Source: Candidatus Saccharimonadota bacterium
GTDB lineage: Bacteria; Patescibacteriota; Saccharimonadia; Saccharimonadales; UBA4665
Length of the DNA: 32,000 bases
Direction of reading: 5' to 3'
NCBI GenBank assembly: GCA_016699955.1
Contig: CP064993.1
Coordinates: forward strand, 1,179,497 to 1,211,496
In this document: positions 24,019 to 32,000 of the stretch, piece after piece
Numbering within the stretch: position 1 is the stretch's first letter
Layout of the letters: each line of letters opens with the position of its first letter
Notes under the pieces: model-generated
Databases searched by the model: none
Told to the model about the DNA's origin: nothing
What the model saw: only the letters and a program-made list of their open reading frames with translations
Program-made: the position numbers and the translations under genes

Positions 24019-27000
24019 ATGTATGAACAAACTCCGGATAACTCAGAAATAATTGATATGCCAAAAATTAAAACCACAAAGGTAGTATATCCGCAGGTTT
24101 ATTCGTATACCCTTCCGGACGAAACAGACAATGAAGGATCACAAAAAATTGGCTACACTGAGCGCAAAGATGTCGATGCGCGAATTCGAGAACAAGTAAA
24201 CACTGCAGCAAAACATCACCGTTATGACAAATTATGGAGCGCTCCGGCGTTTTACCAACAACAGCCCCCACAAGATTTTTCTGACAAGACATTTCACAAA
24301 TTCCTCGTAAAAAATGGCATCGAAAATCGACAAGACCTAGGTAAAGAGTGGTTTTTCTTCAATGGCACACCAGAAAAGTCCAAGCAGCTTTTTGATACTT
24401 TTCGTCAACAAGGATTCGCGGCACTACAGGCAGGTGGGCAGAAGATTCGCTATGAACTCCGTAGTGAACAGAGAGGCGCTGTAGAGAAAGCCGTCGAGTA
24501 TTTCAGAGCTCACGAAAACGGTGAATTCCTATGGAACGCTAAGCCACGTTTCGGCAAAACACTTGCAAGCTACGATCTCGCGAAGCGTCTCGATGCCAAA
24601 AAAGTCCTTATCGTCACCAACCGCCAAGCCATCGCGAACAGCTGGTTTGACGATTTTGAGATGTTTATCGACGGCTACTATTTCATTTCAGACACCTCTT
24701 CGCTTTCTGAGCGCAGGTCGCTCACTCATGAAACAATACAATGCAATAGAAGGCCATGATAAGTCGATGATCACGTTCCTGTCACTTCAAGACCTCAAAG
24801 GCTCCAAGTTCTTTGGCGGCAGTCACGATAAGCTCCGCTGGGTTGCCGACCTTGAGTGGGACTTGTTAGTTATTGACGAAGCCCACGAAGGTGTCGACAC
24901 CGGTCGCACAGATGCAGCTTTTGAAATCGTCAAGCGCAAGCACACGCTGCACCTGAGCGGCACACCATTCAAAGCTCTGGCCAACCAAAAGTTCCCTAAA
25001 GACGCAATATTTAACTGGACATACCTGGATGAGCAAAAGGCAAAACAGGCCGAGCTCGACGACCCACTAGTAGGGGATAGCGGCCCACACGCCGATCTGC
25101 CAGATCTTCGTCTGTACACCTACCGTATATCGCAGATGACAGCTAGCGAGGTGAACGAAGGTATAGAGATTGACGACGAAACACGTGACTATGCGTTTGA
25201 CCTGAACGAGTTTTTTGCGACAAAAAGCCAAAAGTTTGTTCATGAAGACGACGTCCGCGATTTTCTACGCAACCTCAGTACCAATGCCAAATATCCATTT
25301 TCTACCCCAGAACTGCGCGACGAGCTGCGGCATACTTTTTGGTATGTAGGCAACCGAGTCGAATCAGTAAAGGCCTTGGCGCAACTACTCGGTGAAGACC
25401 GCGATGACAATATATTCAAAGATTACAAAGTCGTCATTGCAGCAGGTGACGGTAAATCGTTCGACGAAGAAGAGGGCGACTTCAAGGGTAACGAAAAATC
25501 TTTCGATAAGGTAAAAGAAGCCATTGCTACAAATCCAAAGACCATCACGCTTAGTTGCGGACAGCTAACTACTGGCGTGACGATCAAAGAGTGGAGCGCG
25601 GTGCTCATGCTCACTGACATCAAGACGCCATCACAGTACATGCAGGCTGCCTTCCGCGCCCAAAACCCACTCCGCTTCACCGAAAACGGCGAGTTCAAGG
25701 CCAAAAAGTCTGCCTATCTGTTTGATTTTGCCCCTACAAGAGTACTCGAGATTTACGATACCTTTGCTAATGCGCTTAATCCTAGTGCAGCAAATGGCGA
25801 AGAAACTGAAGCAGAGCGCAAAGACAATATAAAAGAGCTCCTCAACTACTTCCCAGTTATTTCCGAGGACGTAAATGGCAAGATGGTCGAGCTCGACGCC
25901 GAAAAGGTTTTGACGTTCCCGAACGCTCTGGCGGCTACAGAAATTGTCCAAGCCAGGTTCATGACTAACCTACTGTTTAACGACAACATCAAAGGCGTGT
26001 TCCATTTCCCCAAAGAAGTCGAAGAAATTCTCGACAAGATGGACAAAGAAACCGGCAAACGCGCTGTAAAAGACGACCGCAAACTCGACCTCGACGACGC
26101 TCGCAAGCTAGAAGTCGGCAAGCAAACCAAAATCAACGAAAACACCAGCGTGATATTAGGCGAAAGATCTACGCCGCCAACATCGAGCGCCTAGTAGACA
26201 ACGCAGTCAACTACGAGACTGCCGACGAAACTCTGGAATCTTTGCCTGGTAGTGTCGACGCCGTTGCTGAGCCACTCATAGCCAAATACAAAGAAACCTA
26301 CAAGCTCACCCAAGCCGAAGCTGAAGAGATCAAACAAGAAATCGGCGAAAAAATACGGCTTGCCACCACCGAATACGAAAGTAGCGACATCAAAGACGCC
26401 GAGCAGCTAAAGCAAAACCTCACAGCCATCATCGAACACGACTTTGTACAAGCAAAGGTCGAGCAGCAAGAGACCAAAGCCGTAGAAACAGTTCAAAAGT
26501 CCAAAGAAGAAGAAGTCCGCGAGCACCTGCGTGCCTTTACCCGCACTATCCCGATGTTTGTTATGGCGAACGCATCCCGTGACGTCATAACGATTGATAA
26601 TTTCGACGAGCAAATCAGTGACGAAGACTTCATAGACCTAACGAACATCACCAAAGAAGAATTCCATAAACTTCGTGACGGCTTCGACTACACCGATGAC
26701 AACGGCGAGCGACAGCACTTCGACGGCGTATTCCATAAGTACAAGTTCAATGCCTCTATTGCAGAGTTTGTAGCTGAAAAGCACAAACGTGCCGATTACT
26801 TCAAGACAGACGAAGACATTTTTGAACTGATACCAAACCAAAAGAACAACCAGATATTTACGCCAAGACGCGTCGTAAAGATGATGGTAGATGGTCTCGA
26901 AAAAGAGCAGCCAGAACTATTCCAGCGCACAGACAGCATGTTCATAGACCTGTACATGAAATCTGGTATGTACGTCACCGAGATTGTGAAGAAGCTTTTT

Positions 27001-28274
27001 GCTGGTACCCGCCAGCACTATAGTAGCGACGCGGAGTGCCTGAAGCACATACTAGAAAACCAAGTCTATGGCCTAGCGCCAACAGGCGTGCTTCACGGCA
27101 TCACCACGAGCTACATTTTCGGGTTTGATGTTGACCACGACATAAGTACACGCAACTTTGCGATGCACGATTTACTACCCGAGGCAAAAAGTGGCACCGC
27201 ACCAGCAAAGCTCGCACAACTATTTGGAAATGGAGGAAATACTATGAAATTTGACGCTGTTGTGGGGATTCCGCCGTATCAAGAAGTATGGATGGCGGAA
27301 AGGACATGCCGATCTATCCGTATTTTTATGATTTGGCTGAAAAGGTGTCTGACCGGTACTGCCTAATTTCGCCAGCGAGGTTTTTGTTTGGCGCCGGCGC
27401 GACAAGATTTGAATGGAATAATAAGATGTTGAGTGATGAACATTTGAAGGTTATGTCCTTTCATCAAGACTCATCTAGCATCTTTCCTGGCACGGATATC
27501 ATGGGCGGGGTGGCAGTTATGTATCGCGATGCTAATACTAACTTTGGAGCTATCAAAACGTTCACTCCTTTTCCTGAGTTAAACTCTATCCTAGAAAAAG
27601 TAGAAAATGAGCTATTTAATAGCATAAGCGGCTTAATCTACGGCGTTACAAGCTATACATTTTCGACTAGGGCCTATCAAGATTATCCAGATCTTCCAAA
27701 TAGAGTCGGCAAAGGATCTGGAAACCAGTTAACATCTGGAATCTTTGATGCTATACCAGAAATTTTCTTAGAAAAAAAACAAAATGATAATCAAATTCAA
27801 ATTTATGGCAGACAAAGCAATGAGAGGGTTTATAAGTGGGTTGAATCAGATTATGTTCGAGTTCCAGAAAATCTAAATAGCTTTAAGGTTCTCGTTCCAG
27901 CCGCAAATGGTTCAGGAGCGATAGGGGAAATCATCCCAACCCCCCTTATAGGGCAACCTCTTATAGCCCATCCCGAGTCAGTCATACCGCAACATTCATA
28001 TCGATGGGTGACTTCCAATCAGATTTTGAGGCAAATGCTTTATTAAAGTATCTCTAAGACGAAGTTTGCACGCGTGTTGTTAGGTGTTAAAACTACACAA
28101 CATAATAAAACTAAAGATGTCCGGTCAAAAGTTCCAACACAAGACTTCACCGTCAATTCGGATATTGACTGGTCAAAATCAATTCCTGAAATCGACCAGC
28201 AACTCTACGCCAAATACGGCCTCGATCAGCACGAAATTGACTTCATCGAAACCCGCGTCAAAGAAATGGCATAG
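24019..28274 (+). pseudogene. Giant GIY-YIG(T5orf172-like)-DEAH helicase-N6-adenine methyltransferase gene (type ISP/IIG-like R-M or DarB-like), disrupted by five frame changes
   Basis: Reading-frame segments: 24019-24759, about 24725-26194, about 26164-27366, about 27285-28046, 27986-28057 and 28056-28274. Motifs: VYSYTLPD...KIGYTERKDVDARIREQ...EWFFF (GIY-YIG-like); NAKPRFGKTL, LLVIDEAHEG and LHLSGTPFK (helicase); IFTPRRVVKMMVD, FIDLYMKSGMY and FDAVVGIPPYQE (methylase; NPPY reads IPPY). The family-typical tail is KYL/KTKFARVLLGV...SDIDWSKSIPEIDQQLYAKYGL. Confidence 0.75.
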
Positions 28275-28287
28275 CTTTTTACAGCCT

Positions 28288-29256
28288 ATGTCGCCTGTAA
28301 GCAAAATAGATATCAGCGAGAACACCCTCCGCAACCGTGGAAGAGTGCTTGATATACTTTTGACAGACAGAACTCTATATAAACCTAGTCGCCCGCACAA
28401 TATCATCTGGGCGACCGACAGCTACCTAAAATACGGCAAAAACTACGCCCCCACAAAACAAATCAAGCGCGAACAAGTCACGGGATTAAACGGCAAGCTC
28501 ATCCAACCGCGCGCAGCTAAAAGCATAGAGGAGCAAAAATACCGCACTAAAGACAAGGCCGAGGTATTTACGCCACTTAAGATTGTGAAAAAAATGAACA
28601 TGGCGATAGACTGGGCGAGCAAGAACTGGCCCGTCAGTGAAGAAACTTGGGTGGATTACATTTCAGAACGCCGCCTAGAGATAACCTGTGGTGAAGCGCC
28701 GTTTATCGCTGGGCGCTATAATCCTACTGCAAATACTGGTGTAGTGATCACTCCAAAAAATCGTGTGGGGTTCTTTGACCGCAAACTTCAGGTGGTGAGC
28801 GAGTATAGCAAAACCAAAAAGGAATGGCTACACTACGCAGAGATTGCTCTAAAAGCTACTTATGGCTACGAGTGGCAGGGCGACAACTTGCTAATCGCTC
28901 GTGAGAACGTACTACTGACTCTCGATGATTTTTATAAGGACTTTTGTGCCAACAAACTAAAACTAAAGTCTAAGCAGAGTCTCACTGACGAACAGCTCGA
29001 ATATTTTGCAGAAATAATCAGCTGGAATATATGGCAAATGGACGGGCTCAAATACGTGATACCTCTCAGTGGTAACCCGCCGGCTCCTTATGTAGATAAA
29101 AAGTCAGCTCGTGCTTGCCCTTAGTGCCGTTGAGCCCGACAAAGAAATCGAAAGCCCCTGCGACCCACATCGGAAAATACGCCAAAATCAAAGGACTGGG
29201 ATAAAAATAAAGCAGTGAGATTTGTAGATATAGTCAACAGCAAGGAGATAAAATGA
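28288..29256 (+). pseudogene. Adenine-methylase-like companion protein, 3' end disrupted
   Basis: The ATG at 28288 lies 13 nt after the giant gene's stop. AEVFTPLKIVKKMN and LEITCGEAPFIAGRYN resemble methylase motifs X and I, and GNPPAPY occurs near the end. The frame stops at TAG 29122-29124. However, ...THIGKYAKIK (frame 0) and DWDKNKAVRFVDIVNSKEIK (original frame) continue to the TGA at 29254-29256, which overlaps the next ATG. Confidence 0.5.
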
Positions 29257-31440
29257 AATTCGCAGACTCAACCATCAAAAAATACCTCTACCAACCAGGA
29301 GCCGTTTTTGAAATTCCCGAATTTCAACGACCATACACATGGAAAACCGTAAACGCGCAAGAGTACCTCAAGGATCTAGAGGAGTGTGTCTCGACCGGAA
29401 AAGGACACTATTTTGGAACAGTGGTACAGGTAGAAGATGAAGATGGCGATGATGCCTACTCAATCATCGACGGCCAGCAGCGTGTTACTACATCATTGTT
29501 ATTAATTTTTTCTATCTACCATCTCGTCAAAAAAGATCCCGCTCTACTCGGCGAAGGCGAGACTACCACAGAAGACATCCTAGACAATTATCTAATAAAT
29601 AAAAACCGTAAAAATAATCGCATCAAACTTCGCACCGTAACTACGGATAATGAGATCTTGCAGCATATATTCGACTCAAATGGCGATGCGAGTGAACTAA
29701 GTGATAAAGATAAACTAAGCAACCTGTACACTGTCTATTCTGTTTTCAGAGAGTACTTCAGCAAAAAAGAAGATCTTTCGAAATACATCAACGGCCTACG
29801 GCATTTTAAAATAGTTTCCATTACCTTAGAGCAAGGTGACGATAACCCGCAGCGTGTTTTTGAAAGCATCAACTCTACGGGGGAGCCATTGTCGGACGGC
29901 GACAAGATTCGAAACTTCTCCCTCATGCTGAATAGTAAAGAATCCCGCAATCATGTATACCAGGAATACTGGAAGCCACTAGAACGCACACTCACAGATG
30001 TAAACCGAGATAATATAACCGACTTCTTTAGGTATTATCTGATCTCGAAGCGACAGGCTAACGTCAAGTTGCCGGAAGTCTATTCGGCTTTTAAAGACGA
30101 GTTCGAGAATGCTGTAGGTAAAGAGCAGTCACGCGAAGCATTAGATGAATTTTATGGTGATATCAAACGCTCACTTAGATTCTATAAGTTACTCCGTCTT
30201 ATCGATACAAACCAAATCAACAAAAACAATGAAGAATGGTCTAGGTACACAGGCATAGCCGATACGATATTTAAGATGCGCTACATACGCGTTGATTTAT
30301 ATATTCCGTTTGCAATCTCAGTGCTTGCATACCATGACGACGGAGACCTCACTGACGAACAGCTCATCGATGTGTTCAAGCTCATCGAATCGTACTTCTC
30401 CCGACGTATAATTGTAAACTTCTATACGACTAGTGTTGATCGACTTATGTCATCGCTACATAAACAAACTCTGAACTATATTAAACGCGATCCATCCGCT
30501 GACTACGTTGACGTACTGAAATACATCATCCTAAACGAAACCGGGCAGACTAGGATTCCGAATGATATTGAATACGAAAAGGCTATTCGTACATACCCAT
30601 TCTACGAACAACATGGTGGCAATATACGAAGCTATGTATTATCAGCGCTGGATAGCTCAAACAAGGAGGCGAAGTCTACATTACGTCTTATTGCTGAAGA
30701 TAACATAGATCTTACCGTCGAGCATGTCATGCCTCAAACTCTTAGCCGCGATGAGTGGCGAGAGATGCTCGGTAGCGACTATGAACGAATACACAACGAA
30801 TACCTTCACACACTAGCGAACCTAACACTGACTGGCTATAACTCTGATTATTCGAATCGTCCGTATCAGGAGAAAATGGTGCTCGAAATCAAGAACAAGA
30901 AAACGGGCGAAATTAAACAAGTTGGCTTCCCGATTTAGCCCTCTCCCTATGAACAAATGGATCGCAGCCCATGACGTATGGGACGAAGATGTGCTCACGG
31001 AAAGACGGGAAATGTGGGTTAATAAATTACAGAATACTTGGCCAATGCCGACTACTAGTTTTCAGCCGGTCACCGGCGCGTCGGTTGATCTACTAGATAA
31101 CATTAGTCTACGCGGTGAGAATATTAGGTCCGTTAGCGTACTTGGAGAAAAAACAACCGTCAGTACTTGGGTTGAGGCGCTCGATGTCATTGTGGACACG
31201 CTCTTTGGTCTGTATCCGAACATGCTCGATACCATCGCTCATGATGAGTTGCTCTCAGGTTTCATAAAAAATGACTCTACGGCGTTTAGATCTAGTATTG
31301 AAATAGGCAGCTCTGAGCTCTACATTGCTACGAGCAACAATACTGATACAAAACTCAACATTATTCGTAGGATTGCGACGCTATTAAACTTGTCGTCTGG
31401 AGATATAGAGGCTGAAATTGTTGTAGAAGATGACGAATAG
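29253..31440 (+). pseudogene. DUF262/DUF1524 (GmrSD-like type IV restriction) gene with one frameshift
   Basis: AAGGAG RBS. DUF262 motifs are IPEFQRPYTW and IIDGQQRVTT. The DUF1524 His-Me finger is TVEHVMPQT...HTLANLTLTGYNSDYSN. The frame breaks at 30929-30931 (TTCCCG): ...KQVGFPI stop versus ...RFSPLPMNKWIAAHDVWDEDVLTERREMW, which continues to 31440. Confidence 0.8.
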
Positions 31441-31464
31441 TTGTAAGTGGACGAAACAAACCAC

Positions 31465-32000
31465 CTAATCGACTACTATAGTCTCTCCGCTCATGGGCTC
31501 CTGAGTTTCAACCCCAGTAATTCGACAGTAGAAGTTATAGGCCGATAAGTTCGAGATCTCACCCTTCTCGATATATGGCTCAAACAGAGGCAGTAACAGC
31601 TCTTCGTCTTGCTAGGACTACCCGTGCGGAAGACGATTACCGTCCCGACGTTTGCTAAGATAATATTTACCATCTTTTGATCGTCTTGCTGCTGTGTACT
31701 TTGCTCTGCCATCCGTCAGGAAAACCTTGTACTTCCTTGCTTCACTAAGCATCTGCGTGAACGATAGGGTCGCGAAGTTCTGGAACTCATCGACGTATAG
31801 GTAAAACGCTTTGCGGTCTGCCTGCTTTTTCTCCGCACGCTTCAGCGCGGCAAGCTGAAGTTTGGCTAGGATTGTGACGCCAAATAACATCGACGTATCT
31901 TCGCCAAGTCGACCCTTTGAAAAGCTACAGATAAGTATTTTGCCGTCAAGGATTTCATCAAAGTTAATCATGGATTTCTCCTGCTCAAGCATCGCGCGAG
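31465..32000 (-). pseudogene. Type IV coupling protein (VirD4/TraD-like) C-terminal part, two frameshifts, 5' end beyond the window
   Basis: FYLYVDEFQNFATLSFTQMLSEARKYKVFLT (frame A), then MAEQSTQQQDDQKMVNIILANVGTVIVFRTGSP (frame B), then QDEELLLPLFEPYIEKGEISNLSAYNFYCRITGVETQEPMSGETIVVD (frame A again), with the stop at 31465-31467. The frame is open upstream of 31992 to the window edge. Confidence 0.7.

Larger units (their letters stand above)
14697..32000. mobile_element. Integrated mobile element (ICE/IME-like, decaying) next to tRNA-Glu; right end beyond the window
   Basis: Carries a serine recombinase at the tRNA, wHTH replication-relaxation-like, FtsK-like and type IV coupling protein genes, a defence cluster, a lower-GC segment around 18.9-21.8 kb by eye, and many disrupted genes. 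Confidence 0.6.

Noticed and set aside
24019-28274. Phase variation or programmed frameshifting of the R-M-like gene
   Set aside because: There are five separate breaks. None lies in a long simple-sequence tract (at most A3-A5 or C3), and there is no slippery heptamer plus structure. Multiple simultaneous lesions fit decay or assembly error, not a switch.
29113-29133. Reading ACP*CR as a CPxC zinc knuckle hit by a TAG nonsense codon
   Set aside because: A simpler model explains the downstream conserved tail without invoking two in-frame stops: one lost A in the run at 29098-29102 and one extra G at 29193-29194. The two models cannot be separated without homologues.
31495-31525. tRNA-like T-arm impression (CTGGGGTTGAAACTCAG on the minus strand)
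   Set aside because: There is no acceptor or anticodon arm around it. The sequence codes for the conserved C-terminus of the coupling protein (ITGVETQEP).
16416-32000. A second copy of the tRNA-Glu 3' end (attR) inside the window
   Set aside because: I scanned by eye for TTCGATTCTCC/GTGAGGTCACCA-like strings and found none, so the right boundary is probably beyond 32000. This was a manual scan, not an exhaustive search.

Overview
The window has two parts.

**Core, 1-14.6 kb.** This is a compact housekeeping block. Its style (type IV pilin, leaderless promoters, lower glycolysis packed together) suggests a small-genome Patescibacteria/Saccharibacteria-like bacterium, but that is inference only.
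- It encodes a pilin-like gene that runs off the left edge, then tpiA, pgk, pyk, ppsA and eno.
- It also encodes a GH18 glycosidase, a small membrane protein, and an unusual D-2-hydroxyacid dehydrogenase::dPGM fusion.
- The N-terminus of that fusion is cut off by an in-frame TAG followed directly by GTG.
- All three stop codons terminate conserved genes here, so the standard code applies.

**Island, 14.66 kb to the right edge.** tRNA-Glu(UUC) and its terminator are followed, and overlapped, by a large serine recombinase. This opens an integrated mobile element that runs past the right edge. In order it carries:
- a wHTH (replication-relaxation-like) gene;
- a lower-GC block of small genes (acidic protein, DUF3768, membrane protein, Zn-finger proteins) driven by a reiterated 40-nt promoter/operator module and scarred by cassette-like repeats;
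- an ATGA-coupled operon of an FtsK-like ATPase with degenerate Walker motifs, an EVE-like gene, a 28-codon ORF and a HAD-like gene;
- a defence cluster of a GIY-YIG-helicase-N6-adenine-methyltransferase giant gene, a methylase-like companion and a DUF262/DUF1524 (GmrSD-like) gene;
- a convergent type IV coupling protein.

Nearly every large island gene is broken by frameshifts or nonsense codons, at least 13 lesions in all, against one lesion in the core. That means either a decaying element or a locally poor assembly. No CRISPR array or rRNA was seen.
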